This document shows positions 37,396 through 49,046 of a stretch of 64,000 nucleotides of DNA, piece after piece. Made by a program: the position numbers and the translations under genes. How positions within the stretch are numbered: position 1 is the stretch's first letter; every line of letters starts with the position of its first letter. The notes below the pieces were generated by a model that had not been told where the DNA came from, searched no databases, and saw nothing but the letters and a program-made list of their open reading frames with translations. Origin of the DNA: Eledone cirrhosa (taxonomy: Eukaryota); assembly GCA_964016885.1 (NCBI GenBank), contig OZ024743.1, positions 233,368,001-233,432,000 on the forward strand. The letters run 5' to 3'.

Positions 37396-39125
37396 GAAAA
37401 CAGGGAGAAAGAGACGATTATTAAAGAGACGATTATTAAAACGAAATATTTTACTTTGTGTGAAGTGTTAAGGTATTAGTTGATTTATTTATTATTTAAC
37501 AATGCCATTTATTTATCTATTTATATATTTAATAATTGTCTATTACCGGTTTCAGCATTTTTATACATTATCAAATGATAGTGATATGTATTAGTGTGGT
37601 GTCGCACATGTGAAAGAGAAGGTACAGAAAGAATAATGTTATTTACAAACAAGGTTTATGAAGTGTAAAGAAAAAAGAAAAAAAAAACGGGCGTAATGTA
37701 GAGCATAACAATTTAATGTGAAAGAAAAAATAATATTATTTACAGGCATAGTTCTTGAAGTTAAGCAGATCAAAATGTGTTAATATAGCAAGAGTGCTTA
37801 GTTGATCCATGATTCCATGATGGAGGCAAATGGTGGACTGAGGTTTGATATGATTTCCCTTTTTAGAGAATTAATATGCAGGGGTAAGCAATTCTTGCTG
37901 GATGATATTTAATTTATTTAAGAAAAAGGATTAGGTAGGGTGTGAGGGAGGTAACTCTTGTAAATGTTTGATTGTTTGTTGCAGTTTTAGTTTGGTCCGA
38001 TTTTTAGTGCTTTAAGTAGGGGTTCGAATTTGTTAATGAAATATGTTTCCTTATTGGTACGATGGATGAAAGTAGCGTTGTCTATGAATTTGTAAATGGG
38101 GAAAATTTTAAATTAAATTGGATGTTGGTCGTGGGCACAATTGGCGATATGTTTACTAAATGCAATCTTTCTGTATTCTTGTATTTTAATTTGTGATTTA
38201 TGGTCTGTCATACGTTGTCGGAGGCTGTTTTTTGTCCTATGGCTCTTGATAACCTGAGCAGGTCAAAACATAGATTAGGTTTTCAGATGCACATGTAAAG
38301 TTGTGTTTAACTGTGAAATGTTGTCCTTGTTTAAAATGGAATGTTGAACCTTCTATTAGATTTATGCATATGCCACAGTTGGATCTTCCGCATTTTGTTA
38401 CTGTAGGGTTCATTGTGAGGGTTTGTTGGATTTCGGCTTGTGTGAGGATTTTTTTATGGACTTAGGTTGTCTTTTGCTCATTATGATGTGTGTTTGGAGG
38501 ATTCTGTTCATTCTTGGGTCTCTTTTTAGTAAAGGAATATTCTGGAGGATGGTGTCGAATGCCTCATTGTTGATGGGGTTGTGTGTGGAGATGTATGTTA
38601 GAGTTTTTTGTTGCCGTTCATTCCTGGGTTTGGGGTGTCTGAGTTCCTGGATGTCTAGTTTTAGCGCACGTTGGAATCCATTGTTGATTAGGGATGGTGG
38701 GTAGTTTATGCTGATAAGTGTGTTGTTTTTTTATTCTTCTAGTCGTGTGTAGCATGTATATTTATGAGAAACTATTGAGCAGATCCTTCTGGCTAGGTTA
38801 TAAGGAATTGCCATTTTGGTGTGTCTAGGGTGACACGAGTTGAATGGGAGGTATTGTTTGGAGTCTGTGGGTTTGTAGTATATGTCTGTTTCTATTTTGT
38901 TGCTTGTTTTCTTGATGAGGATGTCGAGGAATCCATTGTGAATTGTAAATTTGTGTTGAGTCCATTCAGAAGGGTTTTAAACTCAAACAGTCTATCTATA
39001 CTTTCATGCCAGAGGATGACGCAGTCGTCCAGATATCTCTTCCAGTTCTTTTCTATGTGTTGGTAGAAGTGGTTGCCGTATTTGTCTAGAACTTTGCGGT
39101 AGAGAGTGGTTTCCAAATATCCCAT
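37396..39125 (-). mobile_element. Neptune-like PLE, 5' truncated and degenerate
   Basis: MGYLETTLY..WKRYLDD, SCHPRH, CGRSNCGICINLIEG linker and GIY-YIG remnants homologous to 937-2089; 3' end at (TA)n. Confidence 0.9.
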
Positions 39126-39379
39126 ATATATTTTTACAAAAAAACAATATAAAAAATTGGAAGGAGGTAGGTGAAGTTAAAACACCTCAAAATACAGTAA
39201 TTTATTATAATAAACAGTACAAAAGGGTATGTCTCATACTTCTATGAAAGATCTTTTTCAAACAAGCATGTGTACAAAATCCTATTGTGTTAAAAATAAT
39301 TACGCTGAAGCAAATTATTCATTAAAGTAAATACCAAATACGTTTTTACATTAAATGTTGATTTACGAACGTTTCGTCC

Positions 39380-39432
<53 letters not shown>

Positions 39433-40092
39433 ATATTAATAAATGGAAACTATATTTATAAAACCATAATTATTTTATTATTTATATTTTAAGGGCAACC
39501 AAGGAAAATGTTGGTGCGCTTTCATCAGATAAAATACAAAATTTGTTTTATAAATTTTGACATACCCGTAGAAAAACAACCTTGACGGTTGCATGTTCTC
39601 TGGATAGTGGAAAAAATTATTTTTTTTATTTAGGGTAATTCAAAGTTATGTGAGTATGCAAGTGAATGTCAGAAAGAGTTGCAAAAACAACGGTTTATTT
39701 AAATTATACTGTTGGAAGAAGAGAGAGGAAAAAACAGAGAAAAAGAGAAAGAGAGAAGAAAAAAGAGAAGAAAAAAGAAAAAAAGAGAAAAGAGAAAGAA
39801 AAAGAGAGAAGAAAGAAGAAGAAATGGAGAAAGAAAGAGAGAAAAATTATAGTGAAAAAAAGTTAAGGAAGAACGAGCGAAGAAATAAGCTTAACAAGGG
39901 ATGAGTATGTAAATCATAAATATATCGTTCTTTTATGCTATATTTATATTAAAAATAATGATAAATTAAACATGTTGATAAGTTAAAAATAATGTTAAAT
40001 TAAAAATATATTACAATAAAGATGTGTTTAAAATATATTAAAATATATTAATAAGAATATATGGGTATAGATGGGTATGTCATGTTATAGAT

Positions 40093-40330
40093 CAAAGGTT
40101 CTCAACGTGGGGCATACGCACCCCCGCGAGGCGTTTCGGAACTCCAGGGGGGCGTTTGCAAGCAAGGTCGCGTTAGGGGGCCATTTAGAGCTGGGGGAGG
40201 GGGTTAGAGGGGCGCTGGAAGGCTCTTTATTTTGGTAAGTTATATAAGCCATATTTGTATGTCTTTGAGACAGCCAGTGTGAATGCATTTGAATGAGCTT
40301 GCAGACAGCATAACTATAATCTGACCACAG
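40093..40330 (+). mobile_element. hAT-type MITE fragment
   Basis: Starts with CAAAGGTTCTCAAC, the same TIR as at 44631; GC-rich subterminal repeats; right end uncertain. Confidence 0.6.
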
Positions 40331-41020
40331 AGTTTACAAAAGATTAAATACTTAATTAAAAGTATATACTAAAACATTTAAATATTCAAACTATAAAAAT
40401 TAAGACTATAAAAATTAAGATTATAAAAAACTATAAAGAAGTTTTAAGAGATTTTTTAGAAATCTCAAAAAGACTCCAAAGATACACAAAAATATTTTAA
40501 AAAGCTTATAAACTATTCATAAATTATAATTAACATCTAAAATTATTCAAAATATAAAGAAGTATTCAGAAATATTTGAAAATACTTAAACACTTAAAAT
40601 ATTAAAAATATTTAAAAGTGTTTAAATATTGGAAAATATAAAATTAAAAAAATATTAAAATATTAGTTGACCAAAAAGAATAATTTTTTTTATATAATTT
40701 TTTTTTTTTTAAATATTTAAAAATTTTTTAAAAGCTTTTAAAATTTTCAAAAAATTTTGAAGAGATTTTTAAAAGTTTCAAGTAATCATTCCGAAAGGAT
40801 TATGAGATATTTTTGGAAGTAAGATAGATAAAGGTAAAATATATATTTATAAGGTAGAAATATTAAAAAGTAAATATTAGAAGTAAATTAGAGATTTAAG
40901 TAAAATATATTAAAATTAGAGTTAGATTAAATTACTGAACATATATGGATATAATTTAAGAAATGAGATTATAGGTGTTTGGATAGAGTAAACATTTTGT
41001 AGGGAAGATTAAACGTGTAA

Positions 41021-42376
41021 TTACATTTTATATATATATTTTAAAGTTGAATTTAAACGATGTTTACAAGAACTAAATAAATTATTACGCAAATTAATGG
41101 AGTTCTTACATTTAAGTATAAAGAATATTTCCTCAACACATAAGTTGCAAAATTTGGATAAAGCTGTGTTTGTGTAGGCATGTGCTTTTGAAACAATATT
41201 ATAAAATAAAGAATAGTTTATATTCTTGGATTTTAAGTTCCATAATAAGTTGGATAGAGAAGTTGAAGATTTTTTACCAATATTCCTAAACGAAAATTTA
41301 TGGTTATTGAAACGAGATTTGAAGTCTGTAGAAGTAGAGCCAACATAGTTAACAGAGTTATCATTGGTTTTGACATTGCATTTATAAACCACATTTTTAA
41401 CTAAACAGTTATTTTTTAAAGGACAGTTAGATTTAATTCTACAATTACAATTATCAGAATTTAAATTATTATTATATTGGATATTGCTAGATGTATAAAT
41501 GCTAATCTGGTTAAGGTTTAGATTTCTATTATTGATTCTATTTATATTCTGTGCTAAATTCATAGTAGTAGAGTATGATAGTTTAATTGTATGTCTGTTA
41601 AAGATTGAATAATATCTATGTGCTCTGGGAAAACAATTATCAAGAGCTTTAAAAAATAGTTTAGCTAAAGGTGTTTTAATACTTAGTGAGAAAGGGGGAG
41701 CATATCAAATTATGTTTCTAGTTCTATTTCTTCTTTTAGTTTTAGAGTTTGTGCTAGAATTATTATAGTTATAATTATAATTATGGTTAATTGACGTATC
41801 ATTATTGTCGATGTATTTAATTTCATTACTATAGCCTGCTCGACTTAAAGCTTCGTTATAATATTCTGCCTTATCTTCAAATATATTTTTATTCGCTGAG
41901 ATTCTAGAAATACGTTGCTGTACGGAATTTACGATGGTGTTCTTAACAGATCTAGGGTGATTAGAGTTAAAGTTAACATAATTTAAATTTTCATTGATTT
42001 TATGAAATGGATAGTACATCCCAGTATTAAGGTTTAATGTTACATCTAAAAAGTTAATTATTTTATAATTATTCTCTATTTCTAACTTAATATTAAAGCT
42101 ATTAAAAAATTGTATTATTGATTTTCTTTTTCTATTGATTTCACAATCATTATTATTTTCAATTAACAACAACATATCATTACGATATAAACCACCGATC
42201 ATCTCCGGTAGTTTTCTATGTAATGCATTGTTAATAAAAAGCCCCACACGATCCGTTAATTGCGCCGAGTCCGATGACCCCATAGTAATATCGAAATTGT
42301 TATCCCTATCTGCTCTAGTCCAAAGATAGTTGTTAAATTTAATTAAGGTTTTACGTGCAGTTAAAATGATATGCAT
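41021..42376 (-). pseudogene. Naiad RT + GIY-YIG ORF remnant
   Basis: ORFs 41705-42376 and 41021-41563 are in frame, split by one TGA at a conserved Trp position; catalytic YRDD mutated to YRND. Confidence 0.85.
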
Positions 42377-42513
42377 TTCGTCGCTAGATAGATCAGTATA
42401 TTTAGATGCATATATAAGGGCTTTATTAAGTAAATTAGGAGTGATAGATGAGTAGTAATATCAGTTATACAACTTTTAAGCTTGTTGAATCCCAACAAAT
42501 TAAATATAACTTT

Positions 42514-42556
<43 letters not shown>

Positions 42557-42558
<2 letters not shown>

Positions 42559-42759
42559 CGAAGGAAATGTGGTAAGGAACCAGGTGGACCATAACGCACC
42601 AAAGAACTCAATACTTAGGGTAGTAGAGTGGGTAATAGGAACGAGTAGGACCCCGACGGCTGAGCTCAAGCCGTTTCGACGGCTAATTCTGGACTAAAAT
42701 TTTAGTCCAGAATTAGCCGTCGAAACGGCTTGAGCTCAGCCGTCGGGGTCCTACTCGTT

Positions 42760-42761
<2 letters not shown>
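42557..42761. mobile_element. Fold-back cassette with a perfect 122 nt palindrome and 3' halves of an HHR
   Basis: Palindrome 42639-42760; GAAA-cggct/tgagctc/agccg-TC-gggg in each arm; related piece at 34871-34914; (TA)n on both sides. Confidence 0.85.
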
Positions 42762-42809
<48 letters not shown>

Positions 42810-42814
<5 letters not shown>

Positions 42815-43250
42815 ATATTAAATAAATGGAAACTATATTTATAAAACTATATTTATTCTAGTATATATATTTCAAGGGTAGCAACACTTTGGTACGCTTT
42901 CATCAGATAATATACAAAGTTTGTTTTATAAATTTTGACATAGCCAAGAAAAGATACCTTAACGGTTCAAGTTTTTCTTGACTATCCAAGAAAAACTTGA
43001 ACTATTAAGATATCTTTTCTTGGTTATGTCAAAATTTATAAAACAAACCTTGTATTTTATCTGATGAAAGCGTACCAAAGTTTTGGTACCCTTGAAATAT
43101 ATATAATAGAATAAATATAGGTTTATAAATATAGTTTCCATTTATTTAATATCATTGAATATTATACTCCAGAAAACTTGTCGAGGGCTCCAAATCAGTT
43201 ATAAACATTTATATTTGTTGAATTACCAACAAATTGAATATCCTTTTTGC
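42810..43250. mobile_element. Fold-back pair of Naiad-family pLTR ends
   Basis: Imperfect palindrome 42810-43157 centred near 42983; homologous to 39430-39615; (TA)n on both sides. Confidence 0.88.
43053..43113 (+). ncRNA. Type I hammerhead ribozyme, canonical core
   Basis: tattttat-CTGATGA-aagcgtaccaaa/gt/tttggtaccctt-GAAA-tatata-TA-atagaata; mirror copy at 42854-42914 (-). Confidence 0.85.
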
Positions 43251-43272
43251 TTATATATATATATATACACAC

Positions 43273-43420
43273 ACAGTATACCCCTGGCATTCGCGGTCCC
43301 GACGTTCGCGGGCCCGGCTATTCGCGTTCCTGGCTATTTGCGGAACCTAACTAATAATTGTTCATGGAAACCACCGCATATTCGTGGTTTTTCACTCTTC
43401 GCGAGTGCTCTAAAAACATA
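43273..43420 (+). mobile_element. Possible Tc1/mariner-pogo (Tigger-like) MITE end
   Basis: CAGTATACCCC start with repeated ttcgcg subterminal motifs; no partner TIR found. Confidence 0.35.
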
Positions 43421-44147
43421 ACACCAGCAAATACCGGTGTACAACTGTATATATATTCGCGTTAATAAATTTAACAATTACAAATGTCTTGTCAATTTTC
43501 CAGATAGTGTCCTCTTCGTTTCCTCTTCTCCCTCCTCACTTATTCTCCCTCTTTACTTCCTCACGTGCGCACAAAGACACACACACGCGCACTCTATACT
43601 ACTACATTCCAACTACATACTCAAAAGTTAAGTTTCGGAGAAATTGTGTGTTATTAGTCAGCCAAGATTAAAAATATTAATGTAACAAAATCTGATGAGA
43701 AAAGAGAGTGCAGAAAAAAGGGAAGAAATAAGAAAAACAAGAAACCAGAGATTATATTACTTTGGTAATATTTATTAATAGATACTAGCAGAAAAACCAC
43801 CGAAAGCGTGGTTTTCAGCAAGTATGTGAAGTGATATTGATATTATACGCAAATATACATGCATGCCGATATGATACGTCTAATAAAATCCTTATCTGTA
43901 GCAGATGTCTGTGTATTTGTATGTCTGTGCATAATGCCAATGAGGGAGTGAGAGGGGAGAGAAAGAAACGGAGAATGAAAGTGAGGAAGTGGCTCTTTAT
44001 TTCTCCTCCATCTCCTCATTCGGCACAACGTTTTTCGATAGAGGAAGAAATGTAAATTGTGCGAGTCCGAAAGAGAGAGCGAGAGAGGGAGAGTGAAAGA
44101 AACAGACAGACTAAAAGAGAGGAAGTGTTAAAAAGGAGTGAGATAGC

Positions 44148-44229
<82 letters not shown>

Positions 44230-44866
44230 GAGAGAGAGAAAGAGACGCTGTGTTTGATATTGTATGTATATGTGTCAGTGTAGATACATGTGTGTGTGAT
44301 GTGTATGGAAATAAGAGGGGAAGGAAAGCAATAACTATGAACATGTGTGTGTGGCGTCCCACAGAAAGTAAAAAAAATATCAACATGTGTATGTGTATGT
44401 ACGTGCATATGTGTGTACGTGCACGTGTGTGCGTTTGCGTGCGTGTGTTTGCGCGTTTCCGTGCGTGCGTGCGTGCGGCGTTCCACCATCGCCTTTTATG
44501 TCAATCACTCTTGTAAAGATATGCATGTAACTTTCACTCTATTTTTCATTTAATCGCCATTTTAATTATCAAAATAGTTTCGAGAAAAATGTCCTCACTC
44601 TCTACAAGAGAAGACGGGGTAGATGTAGATCAAAGGTTCTCAACCCATTTCGGCCAAACGCCCCCTTTTGCCCCTCGAAATCACGAAACGCCCCCCCCTA
44701 CACACACACACACACACACACACAGAGTTGATAACACTACATGCGGCTTTGACCGGGAGGGTCATTTAGAGGGAATTGGGGAGGGGGGGGGGGTACGGCT
44801 GCACAGCCCCACTTTTCGTCATGGCGATTGGACTGCATGCCCTGCTTTCTAGGTTACCCATCGCCA

Positions 44867-44913
<47 letters not shown>

Positions 44914-45125
44914 TTTCCTGAGTCCAACCATTTTTGTTGCTATGGCAATGCGGTTGGACTGCAGATCGCTATATTTGATTTGCAAAGCTGTCTAAACGTA
45001 TTGTTATTACTCTGGGGTATTATCCTCTATCGAGTGCTAAAACTACATCCGAATTTGCATTCGTTAGCTTAGCCGCAGCCTAAAGCTTCGTTAATGCTGT
45101 ACTAAAATTTGTATATATATATATA

Positions 45126-45630
45126 TTCAAGAAAGAAGAGTGACATGGTTTGCTATACAATAAGGGCTTTATTCACATTGCTGACAATTGTTTCTTTGAT
45201 CTGGTAGGTCTAGAGTTCGTTAGTCGCCTGATTTTGCGTCAATCGATCTCCAATACTTTCTTTATAACCAGTCGTTTTCATCAGAGCACTTTCGCGTGCT
45301 CTGATGAAAACGACTGGTTATAAACAAAGTATTGGAAATCGATTGACACAAAATCAGGCGACTAGCGAACTCTAGACCTACCAGATCAAAGAAACAATTG
45401 TCAGCAATGTGAATAAAGCCCTTATTGTATAGCGAACCATGTCACTCTTCTTTCTTGAATTATTATTACTCCAAGTATAAACTACATAGAAATCACCGCA
45501 AACTCGCAGCATCACTATGGAAACGTCTTGTTGAGTCAAACTAAGCCACACGTCAATACCATCCACTACACGGAGTACTCTAACTGGACTACATCTAAGT
45601 GGACTGCCTATAACGGTAACCTGTTATCCC

Positions 45631-45631
<1 letters not shown>
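45126..45631. mobile_element. Fold-back HHR cassette between (TA)n tracts
   Basis: Arms 45126-45289 and 45296-45459 with a 6 nt loop; plus arm extends to 45631. Confidence 0.9.
45297..45406 (+). ncRNA. Type I hammerhead motif with ~83 nt stem II region
   Basis: tgct-CTGATGA-...-GAAA-caattg-TC-agca; mirror at 45179-45288; base of stem II pairs poorly. Confidence 0.65.
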
Positions 45632-45666
<35 letters not shown>

Positions 45667-45753
45667 TTATACACTTAAATATAAATGCATGTATATATAC
45701 AAATGTAAATGCATAGGTATATACATACGTAAATGTATGTATGTATATATGTA

Positions 45754-45786
<33 letters not shown>

Positions 45787-45790
<4 letters not shown>

Positions 45791-46467
45791 AATAAACAAG
45801 AGAGATGAACACTATATAAACATACATTTGTTCGAATCGTAAGGACTAAAATTTGCTAGGGTGAAAAAATACTAACTACTCCAATATAGTTTGTTATCCT
45901 TAACTTTAAATATTAAATTAAGAAAAATTAAGAAAAATTAAGAAAAATAACAGACCTATATTGGGCAAAAATGCGCCATCATGTAGAGCTAATTTTTATT
46001 GTCATGTCAGCCAGGCTGCTATTTTTAGCGGCAGGGAATTTCGAGACAAGCTGGGTTCCGAATGACACGTGCGATAATTCATATCGTACACAATTCATTC
46101 TCTAATATTTTTAGAAGTGAAAGGATCACTAATTTCTCAACAACTACCGAGGAGCAGAGAAACGTGAGAACTTCACTTAATAAGTCGTTGCGAAACAGTC
46201 TCCAACACTGTCTAGTTGTTACCAGGCATTTTTGCCCAATATAGGTCTGTTATTTTTCTTAATTTAATATTTAAAGTTAAGGATAACAAACTATATTGCT
46301 GTAGTTAGTATTTTTTCACTCTAGCAAACTTTAGTCCTTACGATTCGAACACATGTATGTTTATATTAGTGTTCATCTCTCTTGTTTATTCAATTATATT
46401 GTACGGCTCGGAAAAGCTTTTTTCTTAGAGCTATTTAATTGTAAGAGACTACCCTGAGTTCTTAACT

Positions 46468-46470
<3 letters not shown>
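45787..46470. mobile_element. Fold-back HHR cassette between (TA)n tracts
   Basis: Arms 45787-45974 and 46226-46394; 251 nt spacer carries the HHR. Confidence 0.88.
46139..46220 (+). ncRNA. Type I hammerhead ribozyme (U4C variant)
   Basis: aacaacta-CCGAGGA-gca..tgc-GAAA-cagt/ctccaac/actg-TC-tagttgtt; 8 bp stem I, 5 bp stem III, GUC site ending at 46212. Confidence 0.8.
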
Positions 46471-46549
<79 letters not shown>

Positions 46550-46550
46550 A

Positions 46551-47332
46551 TTTTAACCTGATTAGTTCTTTCGTTACTTTGGTATTGGAGGGCTGGGTTT
46601 TGCCTACCGCAATTTTCAATTTGTCAAGCTATTTAAACGTATGTATTACTCTAAGGAGTGCTTTGCTACTCATTCCTTATTGTAGGGGGACCTTGCTTGG
46701 CCACAGCCAAAGCTTCGATTTTACTAAGCTTCTACTTGTACTATTTTCTCCTAGACTTAATAATTAACTAATTAATTTAATTAGACAATTCTGTTGATTG
46801 GTTAATTATTTGTGTTTGTTTAATAACGTCTGGTTGAGAGCTTTTATTCGTTGAGTGGAAATATTTTTTCCTTTGTTAACACTTTGAATTTACTCGCCAA
46901 AAACCGGGGGTTGCTTCCCTTGTTGGAAATAACACGTGACAACGAAATGTTTGACGGCTGTCTATTGTAGCGGTCGCATTTAGTTTGTTCACACCAGTTT
47001 GAGGCAATTAAACGGAATGCCTGTTGATGAAATGAATCCCCTGTTCGATCATGGAATACCACAAGCTTACATGTTACGTAAGTTGGATAGATGATTTCGG
47101 ATTCATAGAAACATATCGGACGTATAGCAGAATATCGTCCGATTTGTCCAGGTCTGTTTTTTAACTTGATTAGTTCTTTCGTTACTTTGGTATTGTATGG
47201 TTGGGTTTAGCCTACCGCAATTTTCAATTTGTCAAGCTATTTAAACGTATGTTATTACTCTAAGGACTTACCCTTATTGGGTGCTTTGCTACTCATTCCT
47301 TATTGTAAGTCGACTTTGCTTGGCCACAGCCA
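46551..47332 (+). mobile_element. Retrozyme-like non-coding element, ~608 nt monomer with ~170 nt terminal redundancy
   Basis: Direct repeats 46551-46710 and 47159-47332; HHR just upstream of the second repeat; related fragment at 44900-45110. Confidence 0.75.
47020..47152 (+). ncRNA. Type I hammerhead with extended stems II and III
   Basis: cctg-TTGATGA-aatgaatcc..ggattcata-GAAA-catatcggacg..cgtccgatttg-TC-cagg; GUC site ending at 47148. Confidence 0.8.
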
Positions 47333-47652
47333 ATATATATATAAATCTACATTCATACATATATACATACATACATTTAAGTATGTATATAGCTATGCAT
47401 TTATACATTTGTATATATCCATGCATTTATATTTAAGTGTGTTGACATGATTTATGTTGTTTTATTTTTTGGTAAGGAGAAAATTTTTGTCTACAGATTT
47501 TATTACCAAGGGAGATTAAATACCACAGCTCTGGCTGAAAGCTGATCAGGTTCTGAACCTCATCAAACACTAACGCCGGCCTGTGTGTGTATGTATGTAT
47601 GTATGTATGTATGTATGTATGTATGTATGTATGTATGTATGTATGTATGTAT

Positions 47653-48372
47653 GTTTTCTCTTTCTCTTAATTTTGAGTATATTTTTTTGACCGGCCACCT
47701 TCCTGGTGGCAAGGTTGTAAAAGAAAAGAAATTGTCATCCCTTGAATCGCAAGAATGTTTTGCAAATTTTGAAGGTGCCAGCTATCGCAGCCATTTGTAG
47801 ACTATGAATTAGGGAGCTGCGCTTTTTGTCCGCAAATCCAAGTTCAGTCATACTTTGGTCCAAGCGGGTTGGTATATAACCCGTAGCACCAATAATGATG
47901 GGTATGAAGCTAAAGGTGTATCTTGGATACTGGATTTGTAAACTCCTCATCAATGGTCCGTAGATGTCCTCCTTCTCCTGTATTTTTCTGACAACGTTTA
48001 CATCAAGTGGGCAGCTGATCTCCACAACAGAACACGTTTTCAATGTGTGGTCCCAAACTACAATATCAGGCCGGTTGTGCTTTAATTTGGTGGCAGTTTT
48101 TATTTTCAGGTTCCACCAGTATTCCTTAGTGCCATCTGTCTCAATATATTCTTCCTCGTTTGTTGTTAATTTTGTTTTCCGAAGTGCGTTCCAGATAGTT
48201 CTAGCTATCCCATCGTGTCTCATGGGGAGGTAGTAGCGAGATGACATTCTTTCGCAGCTGGCAACAATGTGGCTTACATCCTCGATCTTTGTTTTACATA
48301 GCCTACATTTATTGTCAGCTGCTGGCCCTCCTCTTTTGTGCAGCAGATATTTGGTAGGGAGTTCTTGTTCCT
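47653..48372 (-). mobile_element. R4/Dong-clade non-LTR element 3' end (CCHC + restriction-like endonuclease)
   Basis: CRLCKTKIEDVSHIVASC, RHDGIA, NRPDIVVWD, VVEISCP, KEDIYGPL, IPIIIGATG; open frame 47735-48371; (ATGT)n on both sides. Confidence 0.88.
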
Positions 48373-48407
48373 ATGTATGTATGTATGTATGTATGTATGT
48401 ATGTATG

Positions 48408-48437
<30 letters not shown>

Positions 48438-48438
<1 letters not shown>

Positions 48439-49046
48439 TGTCAGGTCACCAGTTGGTGCTACTGGTAACATGTATCCCAGTACAACCTGTCTCATGGTCG
48501 GGTCGTTGGCGACTAAATTGGCAAACCCACCAAGGTTTCTTGGTGAGGAGGGTGACTTTGGACATCCTGCAGGACTAAAAACAAAACCTGTCAAAGAGCA
48601 AAGGAGCTCTTGAGAGTCAATGGCCATCCAAAATCACCGGGAGAGATGACCCCTTAGCCTTTATCAAGGCAGAATTCTAGGAGAAGGAAAACTCTGATAT
48701 AACACCTGCAACCCTCATGGTATCCAATGATATTGACTTATTCTTCTTTTTGGTAAATATTATCTTGGTTAAGAGAGTGGGACTGGCTTTGTGCAGTGCC
48801 TTTGCTCACTATAAAAGCTTCACGGCACAGGCATTGCTTTATATCTGAAGATCTCTCTGCACTTGTCATCACATGGTACCATGGGACAAGCACTATGTGT
48901 CAATAATTGTCACAAGTGTAGTGTTTGTACCAGATTTTTCAAGTCGCTGGCTGGACTAAAAAGTCACTTGTTCAGCGCATCGGTAGGGGTTCTCCTACAT
49001 GGATATAAAGTAGTGGCCGTACTCGAAAACGAGTTGGCAGCCACCA
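48438..49046 (+). mobile_element. Short internally deleted RTE-derived element
   Basis: RTE-type 5' UTR joined to a C2H2 remnant CSVCTRFFKSLAGLKSHL and 3' UTR; (ATGT)n on both sides; relative at 4406-4885. Confidence 0.72.

Larger units (their letters stand above)
39430..42515 (-). mobile_element. Naiad-like PLE, 5' truncated, with very AT-rich 3' UTR and HHR-bearing pLTR
   Basis: RT FDITMGSSDSA..GLYRND, NFLDVTLNL, SNHP, RNII*YAPPFS, FNRHTIKLSYS; EN CNCR..CPL..CL..NVVYKC..YVGST..FKSRFNNH..CNLC..E..CKH; degenerate HHR at ~39475-39535; (TA)n at both ends. Confidence 0.88.

Noticed and set aside
39360-39382. Complete hammerhead
   Set aside because: Only a possible 3' half (GAAA-cgttcg-TA, minus strand) remains; the 5' core is replaced by (TA)n
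39650-39904. Lys/Glu-rich protein
   Set aside because: Purine-rich low-complexity tract on the antisense strand of the Naiad 3' UTR
41705-41707. In-frame TGA in the Naiad ORF as selenocysteine (some Naiads encode selenoproteins)
   Set aside because: It falls at the conserved Trp of the RNIIW..PPFS motif, not a Cys; the copy also has YRND and is truncated; no SECIS was recognised
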